This document shows positions 26,821 through 36,805 of a stretch of 64,000 bases of DNA, in pieces. Position 1 is the stretch's first letter. The number at the start of each line of letters is the position of its first letter. The notes beneath the pieces are model-generated. The model was not told the DNA's origin. It made no database searches and saw nothing but the letters and a program-made list of their open reading frames with translations. The position numbers and the translations under genes are program-made. Origin of the DNA: a virus (Duplodnaviria > Caudoviricetes); IMG/VR virus record IMGVR_UViG_3300032225_000686. One strand, 5' to 3'.

Positions 26821-27659
26821 AGAACTATTTTGAATTCATGCAGCAACTCAACGAGGTCGCTAAGGGCGGAACAGTCCCTTGGGCAGGCAAGACACGCGGT
26901 CCTTACGATAAGGCTAAGGGCGGTAGAGACATGTTGGCAGGTATTGAAGCCGACGCTAGACTCTATGCTCAACGCATGAAGGAGATGCAACCCATCTTCG
27001 CAGCGATTGATGACTACAAGGCAGGCAAGCCTATTGAGCCAACCATGATGAAGCAGATTGAACCTTACATCAAGCAGTTGGGCATTCAGCGTGGCACTCC
27101 AATAGCCGGTCTTGCTGCAAAGCCCGTAGTTGCTAGCCGTCCTCCATTCAACTGGGATAGAAGTGGAGCAGGTTGGTGGCATCCGACCAAGCAATGGTTC
27201 CGCTTCTCCCATGATGGTGCAAACTACCATGTGACACAGGTCTACAAGACTCCTGAGAAGTTTGGCATCACACACAACGAGGTTAGAGCAGTCATCAAAG
27301 AGTATCTACAGAAGAACCGTGACTATGCATACACCGACAAGATAAACAGCAAGAGGATGACATTAGAACAAGCCGTGATTGGTCTAGGAGAGGACATCCG
27401 CAACGGTTATAGAGACATCTTCAGACCACTTCAGAAGTATGTCTACAATCGTGGATGGCTCAAGATCTATGGTGGGCATGACTGCTACATGGAAGGAACC
27501 ATGCAGTCCTCATACAAGGCGGCGATGCGTGAGATCATCAAGGCTTACGGTAACAAGACAGAGTACAATGTTGAGATTGCAAACTATGGTCCTCATGATG
27601 AGTACCCAGATAGTAAGAACTACAACAGGCAGTCTTCCCGCGAGCAGTTCGCTTCATAA
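26817..27659 (+). CDS. putative internal head protein (MKNYFEFMQQLNE leader)
   Basis: leader motif; ATGA overlap. Confidence 0.6.
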   Translation: MKNYFEFMQQLNEVAKGGTVPWAGKTRGPYDKAKGGRDMLAGIEADARLYAQRMKEMQPIFAAIDDYKAGKPIEPTMMKQIEPYIKQLGIQRGTPIAGLAAKPVVASRPPFNWDRSGAGWWHPTKQWFRFSHDGANYHVTQVYKTPEKFGITHNEVRAVIKEYLQKNRDYAYTDKINSKRMTLEQAVIGLGEDIRNGYRDIFRPLQKYVYNRGWLKIYGGHDCYMEGTMQSSYKAAMREIIKAYGNKTEYNVEIANYGPHDEYPDSKNYNRQSSREQFAS

Positions 27660-27665
27660 TGATAC

Positions 27666-29171
27666 ATGGTAAGGTTCAAGTCATTCATTTCTGAGTCCAA
27701 AGGTGTTCAGCCCAGTCGTGTTACGGCGGGGGAGATCATCTTCACGGACAGGCAGAACAATGTGTGGCTTGCAACCGAGTGGCACTACTTCAAGCGGTTT
27801 CTAGACCCCAACAGCAAGAACGAGAACCCCGAGTATCTGCGGGCGGCGCAGATGGCTAGCACCCTTGTCGGTGGTCAGAAGACGAACCCCAAGGGCATCG
27901 TCGTTATCAAGTTGACCAACGACAACAACGCTAGCGTAACTCTCATTCGCTATACCACTACACCCGAAGCCCCAAGCAAGATCGGCAACGAGGAGTTCTC
28001 GCTGGCGGGCTATGAGCGTAGGACCAAGATGGGAGGTCAACTGTCTAGACTATCATCTAGTGATTTCCTCTTGGGTCATACTAAGGTTGAACCACTTCGC
28101 GTTTCAGACAACAACATCCAACACTACATCTTCTATAATGCCAACAGTCTCCGCGACACAATCATTCGCAACATGCAGTCAAGCAAGTTCAATGTGCTGC
28201 GTGAGCCATCGGTGATCCAAGCAACAAAGGAGTTCTTGGATGGTGGAGCAAGACACTTTGATTGGTCCAAGGTTGGTCAGTTAATGAACCAACAGGACCG
28301 TATCAAGTTTGGCATCTACCTCGCATCAGAGTTAGGCTATGCCTTTTGGATTCTCGCAGGTCACAGCATCGGCAAGTTCCCCGGCATGTCCACCATCAAG
28401 TTCTTCGCCGTACCAAGGGACAACACCAACACATCTTATGATTCCTACCTTCGTGGTGTACTCAAGGGTGGTTCGGGTATCGCAAACCTCATGGTGTCCT
28501 CCAAGACGATTGCAGGCAAGAAGGGTGGAGCAAGGTCAACGATCCTCCCTGCTCTCAACGGCATGGCAAAGAGCATGACTGACTACAACACACTCAACAA
28601 TAAGTTCTTGGTTGCTATGCTTCCATACTTCAAGGAGAGTGCAACGGGTGGCAGAACAATCTACCCGTTCATGATTGAGAAGGTGCTTGGACTCAAGGGA
28701 GCAATCCCTGATCCTGTTGTGTTTTGGAACCGCATCTGCAAGTTGCACGGCAAGCGTAAGGGCAACCTATCAGAAGCAGAGATGGCAGAACTAGAGAAGC
28801 AAGTTGTCGCGGTGCAGAAGAAAGTTGCATCGGGTGTCATGCTGTTGGGTATCAACAAGACAGCACCACTCAATCACAACGCTGCTCGCTTTCCATCTCC
28901 TCCACAATGGAAAGATTTCTCTCGCTACATCTCCGACATCTTCTGTGATGCCATCTGCTTCGGTCTAAACTTTGATGGTGCATCAGACATGAGACCAACA
29001 ATCTCATGGCAGATTGATATGGATATCCGAGAGTTCTCCCGCACGGGCATGGTGAACTACCTCATGAAGGAAGTCTCGCAAGAGATGAGGGGAATGTACA
29101 TTGACGGCGGTAAGCAATCCGCAGGCGATCCTTCACGCAACATCACATGGCTTGGGGCAAGACCACTATGA
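27666..29171 (+). CDS. putative internal head protein, possible restriction-endonuclease-like fold
   Basis: MVRFKSFISE leader; P..NT.YD...VSSK motif. Confidence 0.5.
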   Translation: MVRFKSFISESKGVQPSRVTAGEIIFTDRQNNVWLATEWHYFKRFLDPNSKNENPEYLRAAQMASTLVGGQKTNPKGIVVIKLTNDNNASVTLIRYTTTPEAPSKIGNEEFSLAGYERRTKMGGQLSRLSSSDFLLGHTKVEPLRVSDNNIQHYIFYNANSLRDTIIRNMQSSKFNVLREPSVIQATKEFLDGGARHFDWSKVGQLMNQQDRIKFGIYLASELGYAFWILAGHSIGKFPGMSTIKFFAVPRDNTNTSYDSYLRGVLKGGSGIANLMVSSKTIAGKKGGARSTILPALNGMAKSMTDYNTLNNKFLVAMLPYFKESATGGRTIYPFMIEKVLGLKGAIPDPVVFWNRICKLHGKRKGNLSEAEMAELEKQVVAVQKKVASGVMLLGINKTAPLNHNAARFPSPPQWKDFSRYISDIFCDAICFGLNFDGASDMRPTISWQIDMDIREFSRTGMVNYLMKEVSQEMRGMYIDGGKQSAGDPSRNITWLGARPL

Positions 29172-30145
29172 AATCCTTTTCACAGCACATGAGTGAGAAG
29201 TTAGATCCTCGTTTGAAAGCGACGGGTTCAACCGTGAGTGCTAAAGGTATGTCACTTTGTGAGTTGCTAGCAGGCGATGAGATAGAGTTCATCAAACATT
29301 ACAACGCTCTAGTTAAATCTGGGTTAAACGATATAATGCCTACCACAAAGATAAACCCGAGAGCAGGAAACTTCATAAAAGCATTGGGACAATGGTATGA
29401 CCAAGCAGGAGGAAACAAAGATTGGTTCCTTCCTATCTTGCAGGAAGCAGCAAAGTGTCCCAACAGAGCAGCATGGACCTATTACTCAGGCAAGGTGTAT
29501 CGTGGGGTTCTCAAGAGTTTAGAGAGTGTCAACTTGGTTTTGGAAGACAAGTTGGTAAACGATCCAGTAGGTTCAGGGTTAGGACCGTTCTTGGTAGGAA
29601 CAGCAACCTACAATAGCATCTATCCAATGCAGTCATGGTCTGCAAGAGCAGATGTGACATACGAGTTTGCTAACACAAACTACACCAAAAGGTTCATGGC
29701 ATTGAAAGGCAGAAAGCAAAAGTATCCGATGATATTTGAAGCCGAACCGCCCAAGGAACAAACCTTCCTCAACGACAATACTTCAAACTTTATTGGGAGA
29801 TCTACAGAGCACGAAGTTCTTCGTATCAGCAACACACCATTAAAGTGCAAGGTGTACATATGGTATGACTCTTTTGAGAAAATGTTTTGGAATGGTTTTG
29901 TACAAACCAAAGAAGCAGAAGACCTAGCGAAGGTTATGGCAAGAGAGTTGAACAAGAAAGATCCGAAGAAGACCAAGAACGATAAGACCAAGAAGATGCT
30001 GAAGAATATCCTTTCCAAGACATTAGGTTTGGGAGATAAGGGTGCAGAGTTACTTGTGGAAGCAAAGAATAAAAGGTTCTTATACAACATCACTCGCAAG
30101 ATGACCTTTGCTTATCCTGACTTATTGAAAGGCTACCCTGTATGA
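29168..30145 (+). CDS. ADP-ribosyltransferase-fold protein, paralog 2
   Basis: MKSFSQHMSE leader; VYRG, YPMQSWS and EHEVLRISNTP motifs. Confidence 0.7.
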   Translation: MKSFSQHMSEKLDPRLKATGSTVSAKGMSLCELLAGDEIEFIKHYNALVKSGLNDIMPTTKINPRAGNFIKALGQWYDQAGGNKDWFLPILQEAAKCPNRAAWTYYSGKVYRGVLKSLESVNLVLEDKLVNDPVGSGLGPFLVGTATYNSIYPMQSWSARADVTYEFANTNYTKRFMALKGRKQKYPMIFEAEPPKEQTFLNDNTSNFIGRSTEHEVLRISNTPLKCKVYIWYDSFEKMFWNGFVQTKEAEDLAKVMARELNKKDPKKTKNDKTKKMLKNILSKTLGLGDKGAELLVEAKNKRFLYNITRKMTFAYPDLLKGYPV

Positions 30146-31068
30146 AACGATTCACCGACTACATCAACGAAGCCCGTAAAGGCAAGAACGAAGACGAGCC
30201 TTGTGTTATTCCAACCATCTGTGAGTTGTTGTCTCACAAATCACCAATCGCGTTCAAAAAAATTTATAACCGCAGACCTAGTTTGATTTATGGGTTTGAT
30301 CCTGATGGAGCAGCAGAGACAAAGTGGGAGCAGGATTGTATTAGGAAGAATCGAAAGACCATAAACGACAACGAAGAATATGTTGAAGCGGTTCATTCTT
30401 GGCTTGAGAGTGTGCATGGAGCAAAGGGTGGCTTTATGAACAGAATCCTTGCTATGGGTAAATGCCCCAACAAAGGTCCGTGGGCCTGTTGGCAAGGTAC
30501 TGCATACCGTGGTCTGGGGAAGAGAAAAGAGTGGGTTCAAAAACTCAACTTCACCGGAGAGGTAATAACTAAACAAGGACGGAGACAAAATGAACAATGG
30601 CTAGTAGCACAGGGGGAGTACAAAAGCCTATACCCCGCACAGTCTTGGACAAGTGATTGGAATACTGCTCTTAGTTTCTTGTTGAGTAATGAGAATGTAT
30701 ACTCCGATATGAAATTAGGAGTCATAGTTGAGATGAAGTTGACTAGGGACAACACACTCTTCAGCCCAGACTTCATGAATGATATGGTCAAGGGGTATCG
30801 TGAGAGTGAGATCATACGAATAGGAAATGAACCAACGAAGTGTCGGATGTACATTCGCACAAAAGAGTTGCACGACACTCTAAATATGAAGATACAGTAT
30901 CCTGAAAAATTGAGAACGGGCGGTTCAGAAAAACAGCAGGAAGAATACTACATCAATCAATGGCACAAGAAGTTGGCGGTCTTTATTGGAGAGAAGAACG
31001 CAAAGAAATTGATGAGCAGCGCACAGTACTTGAAGATTGTCAAGAACTTTAGAAAGACAGACTACTGA
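30142..31068 (+). CDS. ADP-ribosyltransferase-fold protein, paralog 3
   Basis: MKRFTDYINE leader; AYRG, YPAQSWT and ESEIIRIGNEP motifs. Confidence 0.7.
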   Translation: MKRFTDYINEARKGKNEDEPCVIPTICELLSHKSPIAFKKIYNRRPSLIYGFDPDGAAETKWEQDCIRKNRKTINDNEEYVEAVHSWLESVHGAKGGFMNRILAMGKCPNKGPWACWQGTAYRGLGKRKEWVQKLNFTGEVITKQGRRQNEQWLVAQGEYKSLYPAQSWTSDWNTALSFLLSNENVYSDMKLGVIVEMKLTRDNTLFSPDFMNDMVKGYRESEIIRIGNEPTKCRMYIRTKELHDTLNMKIQYPEKLRTGGSEKQQEEYYINQWHKKLAVFIGEKNAKKLMSSAQYLKIVKNFRKTDY

Positions 31069-31898
31069 TGAAACGCTTCACATCATACATCCCAGAACTA
31101 TTCAGCAGTCCAACAAATCCAAACACATGGAGTAGGGTTGTTGTAAGAACAAACGACTCTGCCAACTACAAGTTCACTATGGCTTGGCTTGCTGATGGAT
31201 ATGCTTTGGCTCCAAAGTGCTGCAAAGAACTTCTCGCCTTCTATGAGAAGAACGACATCATGATTGACCTTAAGTGGAGCACGGGAGTAGGAAAAATGTA
31301 TACCTACCTCAAGGGAAGCAAGGTTCGTTCAGATGATCCTACTTCTCTTGACGGTATGTCTTACTTGGTAGGATTTACCCGACTCTCGGCTATGGGTGCT
31401 GACTACTCCGGTCTCTTCTCATTAATCAATCCTGATATACCACCAATATCTAAATCCGTGGTTTGGGACAACACTTATGAGTTGTGGTTCTCCGCAGACA
31501 ACGCTAGGGTTGGTTTCCCAAACGGCAAGTCAAAAACATTTCCTGCAAACGATCTTGGGTGGGTATGCTCTAGTGAGGACTGCTTGAAAGGAGTAGATGA
31601 TGACTTGGGTATAATGAGTGGGTCATCTGCCATCTCTGTATTCAATACTCTTCTTGCGATCATTGAAGACTTCATCAAAGTAAAACGACCATCGGCTATC
31701 ATCATCGGATCGAAGTTGGGAGCAAAGTCGGCTAGACCTGCGGTATACAAGCGTATTGCCAAGATGGCTGCTCAGAAGTTAGGTGGAACCGTGTATGATC
31801 TAGATCAGTACAGAACACCACAGGCTAGACCCGGATTGATGCACGGGGTTCTTGTCACTTTCAATGTATCAAAAGACTTCTTCGTAATGCCAAAATAA
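31068..31898 (+). CDS. putative internal head protein (MKRFTSYIPE leader)
   Basis: leader motif; coupled to the upstream gene. Confidence 0.6.
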   Translation: MKRFTSYIPELFSSPTNPNTWSRVVVRTNDSANYKFTMAWLADGYALAPKCCKELLAFYEKNDIMIDLKWSTGVGKMYTYLKGSKVRSDDPTSLDGMSYLVGFTRLSAMGADYSGLFSLINPDIPPISKSVVWDNTYELWFSADNARVGFPNGKSKTFPANDLGWVCSSEDCLKGVDDDLGIMSGSSAISVFNTLLAIIEDFIKVKRPSAIIIGSKLGAKSARPAVYKRIAKMAAQKLGGTVYDLDQYRTPQARPGLMHGVLVTFNVSKDFFVMPK

Positions 31899-31917
31899 AA
31901 TCAAATAGGGGGATCAC

Positions 31918-32316
31918 ATGTACGAGTACTCAATATCAGAGGTAATAAAGGTAGTAGACGGAGACACACTAGAGGTTGTCTTTGATGTCGGCTTCAGTAT
32001 GTTCTGCAAGCAGCGTGTGCGTCTAGATGGAATAGACACACCCGAGTCATTCACATCAGATGCCAACGAGAAGAAGTTCGGTCTTGAGGCAAAGGAGTTC
32101 CTCAAGGAGTGGGTTAGCAAGCAGAAGAAACTTCGTGCCAAGACCACAAAGGATGACAAGTATGGTAGAATCCTTGCCCGCATCTACGGGGACAATCCCG
32201 ATGTCTGCATCAACGACGAGATGATAAACAAAGGTTACGCTTGGGTTTATGACGGGGGAACCAAACAGAAAGATTTCAACCACCTTCTAGAGCAGCGTAA
32301 AAAAGCAGCAGTATAA
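31918..32316 (+). CDS. thermonuclease (SNase-like)
   Basis: VVDGDT, RVRLDGIDTPE and DKYGRILA motifs. Confidence 0.9.
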   Translation: MYEYSISEVIKVVDGDTLEVVFDVGFSMFCKQRVRLDGIDTPESFTSDANEKKFGLEAKEFLKEWVSKQKKLRAKTTKDDKYGRILARIYGDNPDVCINDEMINKGYAWVYDGGTKQKDFNHLLEQRKKAAV

Positions 32317-32343
32317 GGTCCGAATAATCTTTGAAAAACCACT

Positions 32344-32381
32344 ACCCACCCTCTTGACCGAGGGTGGGTTTGTGTTATAAT
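32344..32381 (+). promoter_or_regulatory. terminator-like hairpin whose loop is the -35 box of a leaderless promoter
   Basis: ACCCACCCTC-TTGACC-GAGGGTGGGT; TATAAT at 32376-32381; ATG at 32388. Confidence 0.75.
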
Positions 32382-32387
32382 AGTGGT

Positions 32388-32678
32388 ATGGCAAAGAAGA
32401 AGACCAAGACGGTTCGTAGCAACAAGAGCAAACTGCGAGAAGAGCGAGCAAACCGTTCCGCTCCCGGCGAGATGAGGATGCCCGGAAAGATGGACAAGGA
32501 AGTTGAGTTTTGCACTTGGTTTGACCGAACATGGCAGCAGAGAATTGTTCGGATTCAGAGCAGCGACAACGACCACATTGTGAATGTGGATATTGAGAGT
32601 TCGTTGGACTTGCGCGTAATGGCAGCGTGGCTGACTGCTGCTGCGGAATGGATGGACAATCAGGAGGACAGCAAGTGA
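32388..32678 (+). CDS. hypothetical early protein
   Basis: leaderless ATG. Confidence 0.65.
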   Translation: MAKKKTKTVRSNKSKLREERANRSAPGEMRMPGKMDKEVEFCTWFDRTWQQRIVRIQSSDNDHIVNVDIESSLDLRVMAAWLTAAAEWMDNQEDSK

Positions 32679-33043
32679 GCAAGAACAAAACTCCCTGTGA
32701 GGCAGATACCTTCATGTGGCCTCTTCCCCTGACCTTTACCGCCCGCTACAACCTTCGGCGTAATGTCTACAGGGTGGATGACACCACCTACCTTGTAGAG
32801 GGTCCAAGCGAGTACAGCCGTGGGGCTATGGATACCGATGGATCGTTCTTCATGGTAGACTTTGAGGGCGGTCCATACATTCAGAAGGGCATGAGTCTTT
32901 CTCTCGCTCTTCATGATGACCTGCCCGCCAAGATCATAAAGGACGCAAGGTTCGTTACCTATGAGGACAGGTGCAAACTCTTGGGTATTAAGTGCGAGGG
33001 CGAGCCAAAGGAAACCTACGCCTACTGCAAGGTTACGGTCTAA
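32675..33043 (+). CDS. hypothetical protein
   Basis: GGAGG SD, GTGA overlap; VDFEGGPYI. Confidence 0.6.
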   Translation: MSKNKTPCEADTFMWPLPLTFTARYNLRRNVYRVDDTTYLVEGPSEYSRGAMDTDGSFFMVDFEGGPYIQKGMSLSLALHDDLPAKIIKDARFVTYEDRCKLLGIKCEGEPKETYAYCKVTV

Positions 33044-33077
33044 CCCCCTCCACCCCAAGAAAAAACTTCCCCCGAAG

Positions 33078-33120
33078 CCCCTGCTATCGTGCCAACGCCG
33101 ATAGTGGGGGTTTATAAATA
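33078..33120 (+). terminator. terminator abutting the late promoter TATAAATA (33113-33120)
   Basis: CCCCTGCTATCG...CGATAGTGGGGG followed by TTT. Confidence 0.7.
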
Positions 33121-33138
33121 GGAGACAGGAGATTGTCT

Positions 33139-34371
33139 ATGTACAACTATCAGAAGAGATTGCTAGAGGAAGCCACCGCAGTACCACAGAAGGAAGTAGT
33201 CCTTACTGAAGGCATAATTGATTACATCAAGAACGCCATCAAGCGAGAACCACTACTTTCGCAGATCGTGGCTCTTCGTGCCTTGAGGGGCAAGATAAGT
33301 AAAACGGAGTATGAGAAGAGGATTGAAGGCATCAAGAACATGGCGGCTACTTATCTCTTCAAGGGGGCAACTCTTGCTGCTATGGGTGTAAACATTGCTC
33401 ACAGAACAGGTCTAATGAAAATTCTAGACAAGGTAGTTCATCACATAGCACTAGACCCACACCACGCAACAGAGATTGACCACCTCATACACTCTGCGTT
33501 GGGTATGGTAAAGGTCTTTGCAGAATACACCCCCGAAGGAGAAACCTTGGACGAGGCTCCTGCGGCAACAGCAAGCAGCAAAGACTACAACGCAAGAGTC
33601 ATGTCTGCTATGGCTATAGTCAAGGCAGTAAAGCAAAAAGCAAAGCAACTTGGAGTCAGAGTAGATGCTGATGGCAAAACTGTGACTTGCACCAAGGAGT
33701 TTACAAAGGGTGACAAGAACGCATTCCGTCACGCATACGATGCTTGCTATAGCGTCATCTGCTTGTTCAAGTTCACGAAGAACACAAACCTGTGGGGTTG
33801 CTCAACAGCAGGATTTGGTATCGGAGCACAGGAGTGCATCAAGAACGGTCGCATCGTTCTAAACAAGAGTGGAGATGGAACGCAACTACAGTTTAGAGGA
33901 TTGAAGGGTGGTCTATATCTCTCTAACGGAATGCGATTGACTGAAGAGAACCTTGAATCAATTAAAGAAGCCATTACGGTAAAGGATATCCTTGATAGTA
34001 AGAAGAACCCCCAATTGAAGTTCGTCACTAAATTAAAGGAGTGGAGTGGTGTTCGTGAGTTTCTAACTAAGAGTGGAGCGATAGAGTGGCTACATAGCGT
34101 CGGCTACAACGATGTCAACTATGACTATATCAAGGCACAGGTTCTCGGTAAGAAGTACTTCGCTCCTTGTGCGATCATCCACACCGCGATCTATGATCCA
34201 TCGGCCAACGGTGATGTCTCACACAACATCGTGGTACAGCCCAAGGGGATGTTGGATCAGATGTCATCAACATACAAGGGTCTTGGAAGTATCGCACCCG
34301 GCAAGAGAGGCGAGAAGACTTTCAGTACAGGCATGAAGATCGTAGCAACAATACTAGCAGTAGGAGAGTAA
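33139..34371 (+). CDS. late multi-module protein, putative head cargo
   Basis: LLEE, LTE, LDE and IKE potential prohead-protease sites between modules. Confidence 0.55.
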   Translation: MYNYQKRLLEEATAVPQKEVVLTEGIIDYIKNAIKREPLLSQIVALRALRGKISKTEYEKRIEGIKNMAATYLFKGATLAAMGVNIAHRTGLMKILDKVVHHIALDPHHATEIDHLIHSALGMVKVFAEYTPEGETLDEAPAATASSKDYNARVMSAMAIVKAVKQKAKQLGVRVDADGKTVTCTKEFTKGDKNAFRHAYDACYSVICLFKFTKNTNLWGCSTAGFGIGAQECIKNGRIVLNKSGDGTQLQFRGLKGGLYLSNGMRLTEENLESIKEAITVKDILDSKKNPQLKFVTKLKEWSGVREFLTKSGAIEWLHSVGYNDVNYDYIKAQVLGKKYFAPCAIIHTAIYDPSANGDVSHNIVVQPKGMLDQMSSTYKGLGSIAPGKRGEKTFSTGMKIVATILAVGE

Positions 34372-34373
34372 TC

Positions 34374-34529
34374 ATGGGAAGAGCGAGAGATGCAGGAAAG
34401 TCGTTCGGAACCAAGGGAGGCTATAAGACTCGTAAGAGACCCAAGGGTATCTCCCGCGCAGGACTACCGAAGATATACCCGCCGGGTTCGGATGGCGGCA
34501 TAGCAAGAATCAACACCAAAGTAAAATGA
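34374..34529 (+). CDS. 51-aa basic protein missed by the ORF track
   Basis: AGGAG SD; MGRARDAGKSFGTKGG... Confidence 0.5.
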   Translation: MGRARDAGKSFGTKGGYKTRKRPKGISRAGLPKIYPPGSDGGIARINTKVK

Positions 34530-34654
34530 AATCGTTCAAGAAGTTCTTGGAAGAGAAGTGGACAAAGGATTACAAGAAGTCCATCAACTGCTCTAACCCC
34601 AAGGGCTTCTCGCAACGCGCCCATTGTCAGGGCAGAAAGAAGAGAGGTAAGTAA
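34526..34654 (+). CDS. 42-aa T4-like small protein with leader, missed by the ORF track
   Basis: MKSFKKFLEEKWTKDYKKSINCSNPKGFSQRAHCQGRKK; motif recognised from T4-like myoviruses. Confidence 0.75.
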   Translation: MKSFKKFLEEKWTKDYKKSINCSNPKGFSQRAHCQGRKKRGK

Positions 34655-34655
34655 T

Positions 34656-34838
34656 ATGCAGAACCGTAGATTTATAGCACCGAAGTTTCATGAGAGACCA
34701 CAGATAGTAAGTCCATTGAGTGCTCCTCCACCAGAAGTTACAGAAGAACAGAAAGTCGAGGAGACTAATGAAATCACAGAAACACCGGTTGTAGAAGATA
34801 AGAAACTCAAAGATAGCAACAACAAGAAGAACAACTAA
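34656..34838 (+). CDS. small hypothetical protein
   Basis: operon packing. Confidence 0.45.
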   Translation: MQNRRFIAPKFHERPQIVSPLSAPPPEVTEEQKVEETNEITETPVVEDKKLKDSNNKKNN

Positions 34839-34852
34839 CATTGGAGATTTAT

Positions 34853-35437
34853 ATGATGAAGTTTTCAGAAGTCGGTCAAGATTTGTTTGTGGTAAATCAA
34901 TTGAATGGTAAGAGAAATGGTGTGTTTCTTGACATAGGAGCAGGACACCCAACATTCAATAATTATCAAGGTTGGCAGCAGGGAGATACATGGATAGACG
35001 GGTGGTATGAAGGAAACAACACCTTCTTGCTAGAAAGAGATTACGGTTGGACAGGTGTATGTGTTGACCTAGACTCCAGATGGAATGAGGCTTGGAAAAC
35101 AAGAAGAGCAAAGTTTCTAAATCAAAACGCACTAGAGATAGATTACGATAAGTTGCTCTCTGAGATAGCAGTTGATGGTGTTGTCGATTACTTGAGTTTA
35201 GACTTGGAACCTGCGTCCGTAACATACGAGTGTTTGTTGCGTATACCTTTTGATAAGTATCGCTTTTCTGCTGTAACTTACGAACACGATAGTTATAGAT
35301 TCGGTCATCATTTCAGAAACGAATCTAGAGAACTGTTTTTAAAACATGGTTATAGATTAGTTGAAAAGGATGTTAAGTGTCCATCTGGTGGAGAGTATGA
35401 GGACTGGTATGTTCATGAAAGTGTGAACTTACCTTAA
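34853..35437 (+). CDS. FkbM-like methyltransferase
   Basis: GQDLFV, FLDIGAG, NTFLLE..GWTG, DYLSLDLE and EDWYV motifs. Confidence 0.8.
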   Translation: MMKFSEVGQDLFVVNQLNGKRNGVFLDIGAGHPTFNNYQGWQQGDTWIDGWYEGNNTFLLERDYGWTGVCVDLDSRWNEAWKTRRAKFLNQNALEIDYDKLLSEIAVDGVVDYLSLDLEPASVTYECLLRIPFDKYRFSAVTYEHDSYRFGHHFRNESRELFLKHGYRLVEKDVKCPSGGEYEDWYVHESVNLP

Positions 35438-35516
35438 ATAAACGGCTCAACCAATTCGTTTACTCATAAATACATGACCATCCAAATCAGGATGGCACTT
35501 ATAAGGAGAAAGAGTA

Positions 35517-36272
35517 ATGACACGATTCTTTAGATACTTCGCCGCTGTAGCCGCAGTAGTTTTGGCACACAGCACTTTCGCTCAGACTGCTTCGGCTCCG
35601 GCTACGAAGGCATCACCTGCCATGTTCAACAGCGTATCGGTTGACGAGACCTTGACCTTCTGGGGCAAGAAGAATGTTGACACCGTTACTGAGTTGGACT
35701 CAACCATCAAGGGCAAGTTGTATGACCTGCTCGGTTGGCACATCACCGTTCCTGTTTATTCACAGGACACCACCGGTTATGGTGCTATTGATGTTGGTGC
35801 AGATTACGCTTTGTTCACAGGTGAGAAGTTCCTTGGCTCAGTCACCAACTTCAGCGTTGAAGCGGGTGCATGGATGCCAACAGGTTCGGCTGGTTACAAC
35901 ACCGACAATGTGAATCCACATGTTGGTTTCAACTATGACATGACTTGGGGTTCGATTGCCTACACACAGACTTTTGATGTTCTGTGGGTTGGTTCATATG
36001 CTTACACTCCTGTGTTTGGTAACTTCAACAACTACGGTCTCAACGCCGAGTCGTTTGTTGCCTACAAGTGGAGTAATCTACAGGTTGGCGTAGACCTGAA
36101 CCAATGGTACACCGAGGGTAGCAATGTTGCTTTCCTTGGGCCAAAGGCTGAGTGGAAGGTCTCCAACAATGTTGACCTGAACGCAGGCTTCGGCGTTCCA
36201 GTATGGCAGGAAGTAAACGCTGCCAACGAGAACAGTTGGAATGTCACCGCCGGTATCGGCATCAAGTTCTGA
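35517..36272 (+). CDS. outer-membrane beta-barrel protein (COG4313-like)
   Basis: Sec signal peptide, alternating aromatic strands, MPTG, C-terminal GIGIKF. Confidence 0.75.
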   Translation: MTRFFRYFAAVAAVVLAHSTFAQTASAPATKASPAMFNSVSVDETLTFWGKKNVDTVTELDSTIKGKLYDLLGWHITVPVYSQDTTGYGAIDVGADYALFTGEKFLGSVTNFSVEAGAWMPTGSAGYNTDNVNPHVGFNYDMTWGSIAYTQTFDVLWVGSYAYTPVFGNFNNYGLNAESFVAYKWSNLQVGVDLNQWYTEGSNVAFLGPKAEWKVSNNVDLNAGFGVPVWQEVNAANENSWNVTAGIGIKF

Positions 36273-36300
36273 TTTTACAATTTCATAACTTTAGGGATTG

Positions 36301-36330
36301 GGGAGGAGGAAACTCCTCCCCTTTTCTTTT
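36301..36330 (+). terminator. intrinsic terminator
   Basis: GGGAGGAG-GAAA-CTCCTCCC followed by a T tract. Confidence 0.85.
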
Positions 36331-36366
36331 ACCTAAATACTTTTGCATTTTTAGAAAGGGGCTGGT

Positions 36367-36795
36367 ATGCCTATGATAGAACTATTATCAATGCTTGGCG
36401 GATCGGCTGTAGGCTTTCTGTTTCGCTTTATAGCACAGAAGTCACAAGATCAAAAAGAATTGTTTGAACGCATGATGGCTGCAAACACACAGACCACCAG
36501 TAACCAAGACAAAGCCGTAGAGCGAGTTCCACTAGATGTAGGTAAGGGAGTGCGTCAGATTATAGTTCTGTCAACCCTATTTGCCACATTCTTGGCTCCG
36601 TTCGTGTTACCCTTCTTCGGCATTCCTACATTTGTTGAAGTGGATGCAACTCAAACCAACTTCTTGGGGCCTGATGTTCTTAGAAAATACTTTGTGGAAA
36701 TCAACGGGTTCTTGTTCACATCAGAGAATCGTCAAATCTTGTTGAGCATTGTAGGATTCTACTTTGGTTCAGCAGCAGCAGCAAACAAGTCGTAA
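36367..36795 (+). CDS. holin-like membrane protein
   Basis: hydrophobic segments; C-terminal IVGFYFGS; late promoter. Confidence 0.55.
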   Translation: MPMIELLSMLGGSAVGFLFRFIAQKSQDQKELFERMMAANTQTTSNQDKAVERVPLDVGKGVRQIIVLSTLFATFLAPFVLPFFGIPTFVEVDATQTNFLGPDVLRKYFVEINGFLFTSENRQILLSIVGFYFGSAAAANKS

Positions 36796-36805
36796 AGGAG
36801 TAAAC

